A DNA stretch of 62,292 nt from Thermostichus sp. DRC_bins_24 (GTDB lineage Bacteria; Cyanobacteriota; Cyanobacteriia; Thermostichales; Thermostichaceae), in NCBI GenBank assembly GCA_039794845.1, contig JAUQVK010000004.1, positions 1-62,292 of the forward strand, read 5' to 3'. Under the pieces are notes generated by a model, which did not search any database, had not been told where the DNA came from, and saw only the letters and a list, made by a program, of their open reading frames with translations. Shown here piece after piece: positions 39,307-48,606 of the stretch (position 1 is its first letter; each line of letters begins with the position of its first letter). Made by a program: the position numbers and the translations under genes.

Positions 39307-39479
39307 GGTGCTAGTTTATTGTTTTTGAGTTCTCAGCAAACCCGCTTATGCTCAAAGCCTCACATGTTGTGGTGTATAGCAATGTTACAAGGGCTACGGT
39401 TATGCTTCAGGAAGTTCTGTAATGGTACCAGTGCCTGCCTTCTCTACCTATCTCTATCTAAAGGAGAGTTGACCTTCCT

Positions 39480-40268
39480 ATGGAACGATCCCCCCGTGCT
39501 GTGTCTTCGCCCTCTCCGGCCGCCGTGGCCGATGCTGATATTATCCTGTGCGAAGATGTTCACAAGTGGTACGGCGAGTTTCATGTCCTGAAAGGCATCA
39601 CCACCAGCATCCGGCGGGGGGAGGTGGTGGTGGTCTGTGGCCCCTCAGGTTCCGGCAAGTCCACTTTTATTCGCACCATTAACCGGCTGGAGGAGCACCA
39701 ACGGGGCCGCATCATCGTCGATGGCATTGAGCTTACCAGCGACCTGCGCAATATCGATGCCATTCGTCGGGAAGTAGGCATGGTGTTTCAACAGTTCAAC
39801 CTGTTCCCCCATTTAACAGTTTTGCAAAACGTTACACTTGGCCCCATCCATGTGAAGAAAATGAAAAAAGCCGCTGCAACTGAGCGGGCAATGGAACTGC
39901 TGAATCGAGTGGGCATTGCGGAGCAGGCGGAAAAATATCCGGGGCAACTGTCGGGGGGGCAGCAGCAGCGGGTGGCGATCGCGCGGGCCTTGGCCATGAG
40001 TCCGGCGGTGATGCTTTTCGATGAGCCAACTTCTGCTTTGGATCCGGAGATGATCAAGGAAGTGCTGGATGTGATGCGGGAGCTGGCCCAGTCGGGGATG
40101 ACCATGGTGTGTGTCACCCATGAGATGGGCTTTGCCCGCGAGGTGGCGGATCGGATTATCTTTTTCGACCGCGGCAAGATCGTCGAGGAAAATACCCCGC
40201 AAGAGTTTTTTAACAACCCGAAAGAAGAGCGCTCCCGCCTGTTTTTGTCCCAGATTCTCTCCCATTGA
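39480..40268 (+). CDS. Amino-acid ABC ATP-binding protein (AapP/BgtA-like)
   Basis: [33 protein letters not shown]. Confidence 0.96.
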   Translation: MERSPRAVSSPSPAAVADADIILCEDVHKWYGEFHVLKGITTSIRRGEVVVVCGPSGSGKSTFIRTINRLEEHQRGRIIVDGIELTSDLRNIDAIRREVGMVFQQFNLFPHLTVLQNVTLGPIHVKKMKKAAATERAMELLNRVGIAEQAEKYPGQLSGGQQQRVAIARALAMSPAVMLFDEPTSALDPEMIKEVLDVMRELAQSGMTMVCVTHEMGFAREVADRIIFFDRGKIVEENTPQEFFNNPKEERSRLFLSQILSH

Positions 40269-40288
40269 TTGATGGGCTGCAGCCCTGT

Positions 40289-41041
40289 TCAAACGGGGGT
40301 GAGCCGCGCCAAAAAGGCGCCTTCTGGACCTTGGTAAACGATTTGCCCTCGCCAACCGGCAGCCTGAGCGTACTCCAGAAGTGTTTCCGGATCCACAAAC
40401 AACCATGGGAAGGGCTCCCCCCGGTGGCCGCCGTACTCGGCAACAAACCGCACCACCCCCTCTTCAGGATCCGCAAGCGTGCCTTCTGGGGTATCTGAGT
40501 CTTCTGGTTCGTCTTCCCCGCGTAGGTCGGTGGAATCCAGAAGCAGTTGCCCCGTCGGCTGCAGCCAAGCTCGAGCCAAGGTCAAAAAACGCTCCAACCC
40601 TGCCAGGGATCCCACCAAGCCGATGCCATTCATCAACAGCAGCAGTGTATCGAAAGGGATTTCCGGTCCCGCCCAGTGAAAAACATCCGCCTGAATGCGG
40701 TTGTGAATGCCGCGTTCTGCCATGATCTGGAGGGCAATTGGGGAGCGATCCAGCCCCCAAACCGACAAGCCCCGTTCCTGCAACAGCAAGGCATGACGAC
40801 CTGTTCCGGCTCCAATATCCAATACCTGCCCACGGCACAGATCCAAGGCCAAAGCTTCTGCCTCGGGTAGGGCATCGGTGAAAAACACCTCTGGAGAAAT
40901 CACCTGCGGCTCGGCAAAAGGGGTCCCATCGGGACGATAGGAACACAGACGAATCGGCCCCTTGGCCTGCCCCCGCTGCCAATCCCAGAGGGCCTGCTCT
41001 AAGGGATCCCTGCCGTGCTTTTTGTCGGTAGCCTCTATCAT
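40289..41041 (-). CDS. Class I SAM-dependent methyltransferase
   Basis: VLDIGAGTGRH, LLLMNGIG, FPWLFVD; ATG at 41041. Confidence 0.88.
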   Translation of the reverse strand: MIEATDKKHGRDPLEQALWDWQRGQAKGPIRLCSYRPDGTPFAEPQVISPEVFFTDALPEAEALALDLCRGQVLDIGAGTGRHALLLQERGLSVWGLDRSPIALQIMAERGIHNRIQADVFHWAGPEIPFDTLLLLMNGIGLVGSLAGLERFLTLARAWLQPTGQLLLDSTDLRGEDEPEDSDTPEGTLADPEEGVVRFVAEYGGHRGEPFPWLFVDPETLLEYAQAAGWRGQIVYQGPEGAFLARLTPV

Positions 41042-41068
41042 GGTAGGGAAAGCTAGACCCTTGACCCG

Positions 41069-41284
41069 ATGGCGATCATCGCATTTCTTTACGCTGCTGC
41101 TATTGTTCTGTTGCTGACGGGATTGTTGGTTTGGGCTACATCCAACGCTCGCCGCATGAGTTTGGATACTGAGTTGCGGGCCAGTGTCCCGCCGGAGGAA
41201 TGCCCTGAAGCTGCACCCGCTTCCCTTCTGGAGCAGCTTGAGCGCCAATACCGCAACAGCCCCTCCTACAACGCCGATCCCTAG
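41069..41284 (+). CDS. Small hypothetical membrane protein
   Basis: 71 aa, ATG start, single N-terminal TM helix, fills an intergenic gap. Confidence 0.6.
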   Translation: MAIIAFLYAAAIVLLLTGLLVWATSNARRMSLDTELRASVPPEECPEAAPASLLEQLERQYRNSPSYNADP

Positions 41285-41339
41285 TCCCTTGCTCTGGGTT
41301 GGGATCCCGTTGCTTGCTCCGACTTTCCCCTAAAGATCC

Positions 41340-42773
41340 ATGGCTACCAAATCCCCGCCACCCATTGTTTACATTGCCCTGGGGCTGCTGCTCATCGGTG
41401 GGGGGTGTTATGCCGTGCGCTCGGGGCGAGTTCGCTTACCCGAGGACTTTTCTTTGCCACAGGTGCAGCTACCGGGGTTGGGCGGAGAGGCCGGCATCGG
41501 TACAGGAACGGGATCCCTGACCCTCAGCCGGGGCGAACGCACCCTGTTTGCCGATAGCAGCCCCACCACTGTGGCAGCGGCAGAATTGTTGCGACAGGGC
41601 AATACCACTGCGGCCATCCCGGTGTTGGAGATGGCCCTGCAGAACAACCGCAACGATCCGGAAGCTCGCATCTTTTTGAACAACGCCCGTGCCCAACAGC
41701 AGGGGAGTCCCCTCAGTCTGGCGGTGGTGGTGCCCATCTCCAGCAATCCTGACCGAGCCAAAGAGACCTTGCGCGGTGTGGCCCAAGCCCAAGAGGAGTT
41801 TGTACAACAGGGAGGCCTATCGGGGCGGCTGTTACAGGTGGTGATTGCCGACGATGGCGATGACCCCGAGCGAGCGGCAGCAGTGGCCAGAGCCTTGGTG
41901 GAAAACCCGGAGATCTTGGGGGTAGTGGGGCACAATGCCAGTGATGCCACCATTGCTGCTGCTGCCGTTTATCAGGCCGCCGGGTTGGGGATGATCTCCT
42001 CGACTTCCACCAGCACCCAAATCAGCACCCTGGGCAATGCCATTTTCCGCACCGTTCCTTCTGACCAAATTGCCGGCACCCAGTTGGCCCGCTATGCCCT
42101 TAATACCCTGCGTCTGCAACGGGCGGCCATTTTCTACAATCCCAACAGCGCCTACAGCTCAAGCCTGCGCAATGCCTTCGCCACCACCCTGGCCAGCGAA
42201 GGGGGCCAGATCACGGCGGAATATGACCTGTCGGCAGCGGATTTCAACCCGCAATCAAGCCTGCGTTTGGCCGTCAGCCAGGGAGCCCAGTTGGCTTTCT
42301 TGGCGCCAACCGCTTCGGTTGCCTCACAAGCCCTGGCCGTGGCCCGAGAGAATACCCTCCATCAAAGGCCCCTTACCCTGTTGGGGGGCGATGTGCTGTT
42401 TAGTTTCAACACTCTACAGCAGGGGGGCGAGACGGTGGAAGGAATGGTGGTGGCGGTGCCCTGGCATCCGGAGGTTCCCCGCAATCGTGAGTTTGCTCAG
42501 GTGGCGGCTCAGCTCTGGGGAGGGCAGGTGAATTGGCGGACAGCTCTGGCCTACGATGCCACCCGTGTCTTTTGGCAGGCCTTTGGTTCCGGATCCCCCA
42601 GTCGCAGTAGCGTTCTTGCTGCCCTGAGGGAGCCCGGTTTCCTCCTGAGCGACGGCGCTTCTGGACAGGTGCGCTTCTTGCCCTCCGGCGACCGCGATGC
42701 CCCGAATGTGTTGGTGCGCATTCAGCCGGGGAACCGCTCCGGGACAGGCTACGATTTTGTGCCGCTCCCCTAG
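41340..42773 (+). CDS. Membrane-anchored LivK-like substrate-binding protein
   Basis: N-terminal TM, RNDPEARIFLNNA, LRGVAQAQ, GVVGH, FRTVPSD, VNWRTALAYDA. Confidence 0.88.
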   Translation: MATKSPPPIVYIALGLLLIGGGCYAVRSGRVRLPEDFSLPQVQLPGLGGEAGIGTGTGSLTLSRGERTLFADSSPTTVAAAELLRQGNTTAAIPVLEMALQNNRNDPEARIFLNNARAQQQGSPLSLAVVVPISSNPDRAKETLRGVAQAQEEFVQQGGLSGRLLQVVIADDGDDPERAAAVARALVENPEILGVVGHNASDATIAAAAVYQAAGLGMISSTSTSTQISTLGNAIFRTVPSDQIAGTQLARYALNTLRLQRAAIFYNPNSAYSSSLRNAFATTLASEGGQITAEYDLSAADFNPQSSLRLAVSQGAQLAFLAPTASVASQALAVARENTLHQRPLTLLGGDVLFSFNTLQQGGETVEGMVVAVPWHPEVPRNREFAQVAAQLWGGQVNWRTALAYDATRVFWQAFGSGSPSRSSVLAALREPGFLLSDGASGQVRFLPSGDRDAPNVLVRIQPGNRSGTGYDFVPLP

Positions 42774-42824
42774 GGATCCCGGCAGACGCTACAGTGGGTG
42801 GTGCTCTGGACTCGACGGATCCCC

Positions 42825-43637
42825 ATGCCCAGCCCGATCACTGCCCGCTTTCAACACTTGCAGGGTGAAAAAGCCCTCATTCCCTACCTCACCGCCGGGG
42901 ATCCCGATCTGGCCGTCACTTTTGCCGCGCTGCAGGTTTTGGACCAAAATGGCGCCGATTTGATCGAGCTGGGGGTGCCCTATTCGGATCCCCTGGCGGA
43001 TGGCCCTGTCATTCAAGCGGCAGCCACCCGGGCCCTCAGCCGTGGGGTGACCCTCAGTGCCATTTTGCAGGGCTTAAGCCGGCTTTCTTTGCAAGCTCCC
43101 CTGATTCTGTTCACCTACTACAACCCCATCCACCAAATCGGCATCCCCAACTTTATGCACCAACTGCGGGCAGCGGGCTGTGCCGGCTTGGTTGTCCCTG
43201 ATTTGCCCCTGGAGGAGTCGGAACCTCTGCGGCAGGCGGCTCAAGCCGAAGGGCTGGATCTGATCCTGCTGGTGGCTCCCACCAGCCCTGCGGCCCGCAT
43301 GCAACAGATCGCCCAGCATTCCAGCGGCTTCATCTACTTGGTCAGCACCACCGGCGTCACCGGAGAGCGAGCCACTTTGGCGGAACGGATCCCGGTTTTG
43401 CTACAGCAGCTGCGCCAACACACCTCTCTACCCATCGGTGTGGGCTTCGGCATTTCAACTCCAGAACAGGCCCGGCAGATTGCCCTTTGGGGGGCAGATG
43501 CAGCGATCGTGGGCAGTGCCTTTGTGCAACGGCTGGCGCAAGCCCCCACGCCAGAAGAGGGGCTGCAACAGATTGGCCACTTTTGCCGAGATTTGAAGGC
43601 GGCGCTTCGAGCTGTGCCCCCCTTAGAGGGCCGATGA
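42825..43637 (+). CDS. trpA: Tryptophan synthase alpha chain
   Basis: [34 protein letters not shown]. Confidence 0.97.
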   Translation: MPSPITARFQHLQGEKALIPYLTAGDPDLAVTFAALQVLDQNGADLIELGVPYSDPLADGPVIQAAATRALSRGVTLSAILQGLSRLSLQAPLILFTYYNPIHQIGIPNFMHQLRAAGCAGLVVPDLPLEESEPLRQAAQAEGLDLILLVAPTSPAARMQQIAQHSSGFIYLVSTTGVTGERATLAERIPVLLQQLRQHTSLPIGVGFGISTPEQARQIALWGADAAIVGSAFVQRLAQAPTPEEGLQQIGHFCRDLKAALRAVPPLEGR

Positions 43638-44040
43638 GGGGAAGGGCCCATTCCGGTTGCCCGCCTCTCAAAACAAATGTTTACAATTTGCAAGCTAGCT
43701 CAGCGGTCATTGCTCCGCTTATTAGAGCCTAAAGTCTAGGGATCACGGGTCGGGCAGGCGTTTCGGCGTCCAAGGGTTTGTAAATCTTCACAAAACACTC
43801 ATCCATCCCACGCTATAAAATTAACCTGGATGCTCGGCTGTCTGAAAGTCGCAGAAGTTCTTGACCTGTCTCAAAATTTGGGGCTCCGGTGGGGGTAGTT
43901 TTGAAGGAACCTGCTGCCACAGGATCCCTGGTTTTGGGGAAGCCAATGGGATCCCGCAAGGCCATCAATTGGGATCCGGCTTGTGAGAAGTTCGGCCAGT
44001 CGCTCATTCGGTTTTTGGAAAGACCAGAAGGAGATCGATC

Positions 44041-44559
44041 ATGCAAGACGCCTTTACCCGGGTGATTGCTCAAGCAGATACACGCGGTGCTTTTTTAAGT
44101 GATCAAGAGTTTGACCGTTTGGCAGCTTTGGTGGCTGAAGGCAACAAACGCCTCGACACCGTCAACCGCATTACCAGCAACGCAGCCCAAATTGTGTCCA
44201 ATGCAGCCCGTTCCTTGTTCGCTCAGGAGCCAGATCTGATCGCTCCCGGCGGCAATGCCTACACCAACCGTCGGATGGCCGCTTGCTTGCGCGACATGGA
44301 AATCATCCTGCGCTACATCAGCTATGCCACCTTGGCTGGCGACAGTTCTGTGCTGGAAGATCGCTGCTTGAACGGCCTGCGGGAAACCTACATCGCTTTG
44401 GGCGTGCCCGCCACTTCTGTGGCCAACGGCATCGCGGCCATGAAGAAAGAAGCCTTGGCTAAGATCATGGATCCGGCGGGTATCACTCCTGGCGACTGTT
44501 CCGCTTTGCAAAGTGAAGTGGCCAGCTACTTCGACAAGGCTGCTGCCGCCATCATTTGA
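44041..44559 (+). CDS. cpcB: Phycocyanin beta subunit
   Basis: 172 aa; [31 protein letters not shown]. Confidence 0.96.
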   Translation: MQDAFTRVIAQADTRGAFLSDQEFDRLAALVAEGNKRLDTVNRITSNAAQIVSNAARSLFAQEPDLIAPGGNAYTNRRMAACLRDMEIILRYISYATLAGDSSVLEDRCLNGLRETYIALGVPATSVANGIAAMKKEALAKIMDPAGITPGDCSALQSEVASYFDKAAAAII

Positions 44560-44712
44560 GTTGCCAGTTAAGGCCGGTTTGGCCATTGTTCTTTGATCCA
44601 TTTTTTCTGAGGAGGGCAAGTGACAAGACGGAATCCCTAGCCTTGGGTTCGGTCCGCTTCCCCCGCAGAACTTTCGTTAACAACAGAACCGATTCAATTC
44701 AGGAGTTGCAAG

Positions 44713-45201
44713 GTGAAAACCGTCATCACTGAAGCGATTGCTTCCGCTGACAATCAAGGGCGTTTCCTCAATGCCAGCGAACTGCAGTCCGTTTTTGGTC
44801 GTTACCAGCGTGCTGCCGCCTCTCTGGAAGCTGCCCGTGTCCTGACCAGCAACCAGCAAACACTGGTGCGGGAAGCTGTGCAAGAAGTGTTCAAGAAGTA
44901 TCCCTACCTGACCCAGCCGGGTGAAATGGGCCATGGCGACGTGTTTCAGGCCAAGTGTGCCCGTGACATTGGCTACTACCTCCGCTTCATCACCTACTCT
45001 CTGGTTGCGGGTGGCACCGGCCCCCTCGATGACTACTTGGTGGCTGGGTTACGGGAAGTAAACCGCTCCTTCAACCTCTCCCCCAGCTGGTACATCGTGG
45101 CCCTGCAGTACATCAAGGGTCGCGCCTTGGGTATGCTGAGCGGCCAAGCGGCCAATGAAGCCACCATCTACTTCGATTACGCCATCAACGCCCTCAGCTA
45201 A
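44713..45201 (+). CDS. cpcA: Phycocyanin alpha subunit
   Basis: 162 aa; [35 protein letters not shown] start after AGGAG. Confidence 0.94.
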   Translation: MKTVITEAIASADNQGRFLNASELQSVFGRYQRAAASLEAARVLTSNQQTLVREAVQEVFKKYPYLTQPGEMGHGDVFQAKCARDIGYYLRFITYSLVAGGTGPLDDYLVAGLREVNRSFNLSPSWYIVALQYIKGRALGMLSGQAANEATIYFDYAINALS

Positions 45202-45249
45202 GGGATCCCTGCTTTTTGTGAGTGGACGATCTCTTTCTTCGTCTTCCAA

Positions 45250-45297
45250 TCGTGTAAACGGGACGGAGTCCTTTCGTGTAAGTGGGACGGAGTCCTT
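45250..45297. repeat. Tandem direct repeat, 2 x 24 bp
   Basis: TCGTGTAAACGGGACGGAGTCCTT / TCGTGTAAGTGGGACGGAGTCCTT. Confidence 0.9.
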
Positions 45298-45525
45298 ACG
45301 GAGCAGGCGGCGGCTCAGAGAGGTCTGGGCTGCCTGTCCTCAGGTGGAGTGATCTCCTCGGATCCCCTCGATCTGTTCGAGTTGCCCGCCTGCTCTTCGT
45401 GTTCTGGGCAATTGCCTGATGGCGATGTAGCTTGGGCTTCGGGAGTAGCCATTGTGGTTTCTCTGCGGGTCGAGCCCTTTCACCCAGAGCCGTTTTCCAT
45501 AACAGAATCAATTTTGGGGAAAGCA

Positions 45526-45795
45526 ATGTTTGGTCAAAGTACCACCAGCCCTGAAACCCTAACGGAAGCTGGTAGCCGGGTTTACAAAATCGAGTACACT
45601 GGCTTGCTCAACCCACTGGATGCCCTGGCCACCTCTGAGAAGGTTCGCCGCAGCACCGTGAGCACCACCGTTCCCTACGCCCGGTTGTCTGCCGAGATGC
45701 GGCGCATTCTGCGGATGGGCGGCAAAATCGTGCAAGTGGCCGCCCTATCGGGGGCCAGCACGGTTCCTGCCGAGGACAACGGCGCTGCCGAGTAA
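45526..45795 (+). CDS. cpcD: Rod-capping linker CpcD
   Basis: MFGQ start, SRVYKIE, VPYARLSAEMRRILRMGGKIV. Confidence 0.9.
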   Translation: MFGQSTTSPETLTEAGSRVYKIEYTGLLNPLDALATSEKVRRSTVSTTVPYARLSAEMRRILRMGGKIVQVAALSGASTVPAEDNGAAE

Positions 45796-45832
45796 GGGAT
45801 CCGCCCGACTTGAACAGGATTGACCCGGTTCC

Positions 45833-46627
45833 ATGAACGGCTCCACAACGGTTCGCATGGCATCCAATACGGCAGTGCTGCCGCAGCAGCTCACCTGGGA
45901 GCAAGCGGTAGCTCAATTGCAGGGTGATGATTTGCAAGACCGTTACTACGCCGCCTGGTATTTGGGCACCGTTCGGGATCCCCGTGGGGTGGAGCCCCTT
46001 CTTTTGGCTTTGCAGGATGAGAGGGATCGCACCGCTTTGGGGGGTTACCCTCTGCGGCGCAATGCTGCCAAAGCGCTGGGGCAAATCGGGGATGTGCGGG
46101 CCGTGCCCGGTTTGATCGAAGCGCTTGCCTGCACGGATCTGCACGTGCGGGAGGAGGCGGCCTATGCCTTGGCTCAGTTGCAGGACCCACGGGCTGTGGA
46201 TCCCTTGCTGGCCCTGCTGCGGGTTCCGGAATCCGAACAGCCTTGGGAAGCCCTGATCGAGGCACTGGGCCAACTCAACGCTCGTCGGGCGGAGGAGGCG
46301 ATTCGTCCCTTCCTGAGTCATCCCTCTGAGCGGGTTCGTTCGGCAGCCGCCTGGGTGCTTTATCGGTTTACTCAGGCCGAGGAGCTCACCCACGTTTTGA
46401 CGGCATTGCTGGCTCACTCCAATTCCAGTTTGCGCCAGGCGGCCTTGTTCGATCTGGCGGAATCTGGCTGGGTGGCAGGAGCACCGCTATTGGCGGCAGC
46501 CGATGTGGCTCTCAATCTGCGCCTCAACGCCCTGAAGCGGCTGTTTGATGTGGCCGTTCAGTTGGGGCAAGTGCCGCTCCCTCAGGTGGCGGAGTCGATT
46601 ATCCCGCAACTGGATCATCTGCTCTAG
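45833..46627 (+). CDS. cpcE: Phycocyanin alpha-subunit lyase CpcE
   Basis: RYYAAWYLG, GGYPLRRNAAKALG, HEAT repeats; start may be 45857. Confidence 0.93.
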   Translation: MNGSTTVRMASNTAVLPQQLTWEQAVAQLQGDDLQDRYYAAWYLGTVRDPRGVEPLLLALQDERDRTALGGYPLRRNAAKALGQIGDVRAVPGLIEALACTDLHVREEAAYALAQLQDPRAVDPLLALLRVPESEQPWEALIEALGQLNARRAEEAIRPFLSHPSERVRSAAAWVLYRFTQAEELTHVLTALLAHSNSSLRQAALFDLAESGWVAGAPLLAAADVALNLRLNALKRLFDVAVQLGQVPLPQVAESIIPQLDHLL

Positions 46628-46692
46628 TCTCTCCGGCTTGGCATCTCTCGCTTCCGTACACCTTTTTTTAAGCTTCATACTTCACCTTGCTT

Positions 46693-47334
46693 ATGTCCGC
46701 TTCACCTGCTGCTCAAGTGCCTTCCGCCGCCGTTGCTCAACTGGTGGCGGAGTTGGAGCAGGCCACTTCTCCCGAAGAATTGCTGGGGGTGGTGAGAGCG
46801 CTGGGGGCGTTGGGACAGGTGGAAGGGATCCCCTACCTCATTCGCACCTTCGGCTTTAACCGTCCTGCGGTCGGAGAAGCAGCCTTGGAAGAGGTGCTGC
46901 GCTTCGGGGATGCGGCGGTTCAGCCCCTCTTGGAGCGGATCGATGGCTTTGACTACGGGGCAAGGGCCTATTCGGTGCGGGCTTTGGCCCGTATTGGCCA
47001 CGGAGATGCTTACCCCTTCTTGGTGGAGGCGATTGTGGCAGACTTTGCCCCCAGTGTGCGGCGGGCAGCAGTACGCGGATTGGGGCGGGTGGCTGCTCGG
47101 CGGCCCTTGCCCGATCAAGAGCGGGCCTTGGAGCTGTTGCGGCAGTGCCTAAGCGATGCCGACTGGGGAGTTCGTTATGCCGCCATCGGGGCACTGACGG
47201 ATTTGGCCCGTTCCGGTGAGCCCCTGTTGCGTCCCCAAGCCGAAGCCGGCATCCAGGTAGCCATGGATGATACGGATCCCCTGATTCCCCTCCGCGCCCA
47301 GTTGAGTCAGCAGGAATTGGCCGCCCATCCTTAA
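46693..47334 (+). CDS. cpcF: Phycocyanin alpha-subunit lyase CpcF
   Basis: GFNRP, DYGARAY, DFAPSVRRAAVRGLG, WGVRYAA. Confidence 0.92.
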   Translation: MSASPAAQVPSAAVAQLVAELEQATSPEELLGVVRALGALGQVEGIPYLIRTFGFNRPAVGEAALEEVLRFGDAAVQPLLERIDGFDYGARAYSVRALARIGHGDAYPFLVEAIVADFAPSVRRAAVRGLGRVAARRPLPDQERALELLRQCLSDADWGVRYAAIGALTDLARSGEPLLRPQAEAGIQVAMDDTDPLIPLRAQLSQQELAAHP

Positions 47335-47381
47335 TGATCTGCCCCACTTTAGTTTTTCTCGTTTCTTCAGGAGCACAACCC

Positions 47382-48107
47382 ATGTCTCTTCCTTTGCTTG
47401 CCGATCGCCCCACCACCCAAAACGTGCGGGTGAGCCGCTACTTTGTAGCCAGTGACGAGACCCCGCCCGCCTATCGTCCTGACGATCCGACCGGCGTGGA
47501 CAATGTCATTCGCGCCGCTTACCGTCAGATTTTCAGTGAGCACCTGATGCTGGAGTCCTTCCGCCAGAAGGCCCTGGAATCGCAGCTGCGCAACGGGGCA
47601 ATCTCGGTGAAAGAGTTCGTGCGGGGCTTGGGCAAGTCGGAGGTGTATCGGGATTTGGTCATGACCCCCAACGACAACTACCGCTTTATCGAGGTCACCT
47701 TCCAACGCTTCCTGGGCCGGCCCACCTACAACCAACAGGAGCGCATCAAGTACTCCATCATCATCGCCACCCAAGGACTGGATGGCTTCATCGATGCGGT
47801 GGTAGATAGCGAAGAGTACAACACTGCCTTTGGGGATGATGTCGTGCCCTACCAGCGCCGTCGCCTTTCCGAAGCCCCTGCCAACCTGGTTACCCCTCGT
47901 TACGGAGCCCGTTGGCGGGATGTCTCCGGTGTGAAGCGCTCCACCCGAGAAGTGGTGCGCACCTATCGCCTCACCCGTCCTCCCAAACCAGGAGAGCCGG
48001 AGAACTTCCTCAACATGGCGCGTATGCTCAACCCCACTCCGGCGGTGCGGCAGAACATCAGCGTCTTCGATCTCAAAATCCCCGACATGACCACCAGCCG
48101 CCGCTAG
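47382..48107 (+). CDS. cpcG: Rod-core linker CpcG
   Basis: MSLPLL, TQNVRV, AAYRQIFSEH, LESQLRNG, FGDDVVPYQRR; hydrophilic C-terminus (not CpcL). Confidence 0.93.
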   Translation: MSLPLLADRPTTQNVRVSRYFVASDETPPAYRPDDPTGVDNVIRAAYRQIFSEHLMLESFRQKALESQLRNGAISVKEFVRGLGKSEVYRDLVMTPNDNYRFIEVTFQRFLGRPTYNQQERIKYSIIIATQGLDGFIDAVVDSEEYNTAFGDDVVPYQRRRLSEAPANLVTPRYGARWRDVSGVKRSTREVVRTYRLTRPPKPGEPENFLNMARMLNPTPAVRQNISVFDLKIPDMTTSRR

Positions 48108-48152
48108 AAGCGTTATTGACTTAGCCGGGGTGGATTCCATCTGTCACCGGAA

Positions 48153-48196
48153 GGCTGACCGACCCGAGGCTGTTCAGGTCGGTCGGTTTTGCTTTG
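48153..48196 (+). terminator. Intrinsic terminator of the cpc operon
   Basis: GGCTGACCGACC ... GGTCGGTCGGTT stem followed by TTGCTTT. Confidence 0.7.
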
Positions 48197-48294
48197 AAGG
48201 ATCGGATCCCGGTTGCTAGAGCAAGATTCGCTCTTAATTCTGACGGTAGGGATTCGTTATAATCCTGGTGACGCTTCTTAACGTTTTGGGTCGC

Positions 48295-48606
48295 ATGAGT
48301 AATCCGGTGGTTCGGGCTTTTTTCGTCGGTAAAGCTGTAGCCGATGTTCTGCGGGAGCGTTGGGAGAGCACCCTCACCGATATTGCGGGGGAAGTGGGCA
48401 AAGTCTGGGCGGAGTTACAAGAGGGCTGGCAGACGTTCGCTGCAGATGTGATGGCCCGAGCCAACGCAGAGGCTACAGTGGCCGCCCACGAGATCACTCC
48501 ACCCCCCTTCAAAACGGACGATCTGCAGGCAACTTTAGACGACTTGCGGGCGGAAGTGGCGCAGTTGCGCTCCGAGTTGCAGAAATATCGGAGTCAAAAC
48601 GCTTGA
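48295..48606 (+). CDS. Conserved cyanobacterial protein (thylakoid-lumen/DUF6825-like)
   Basis: MSNPVVRAFFVGKA, DLQATLDDLRAEVAQLR; typical neighbour of the ABC1 kinase. Confidence 0.85.
   Translation: MSNPVVRAFFVGKAVADVLRERWESTLTDIAGEVGKVWAELQEGWQTFAADVMARANAEATVAAHEITPPPFKTDDLQATLDDLRAEVAQLRSELQKYRSQNA

Noticed and set aside
39370..39430. NtcA-like sites between the divergent ABC transporter genes
   Set aside because: Only GTA-N9-TAC and GTT-N8-TAC variants, with no properly spaced TAN3T; too weak to call.
37897..45297. The 15-bp and 24-bp repeats as CRISPR remnants
   Set aside because: Copies are directly adjacent with no spacers, and there are no cas genes.
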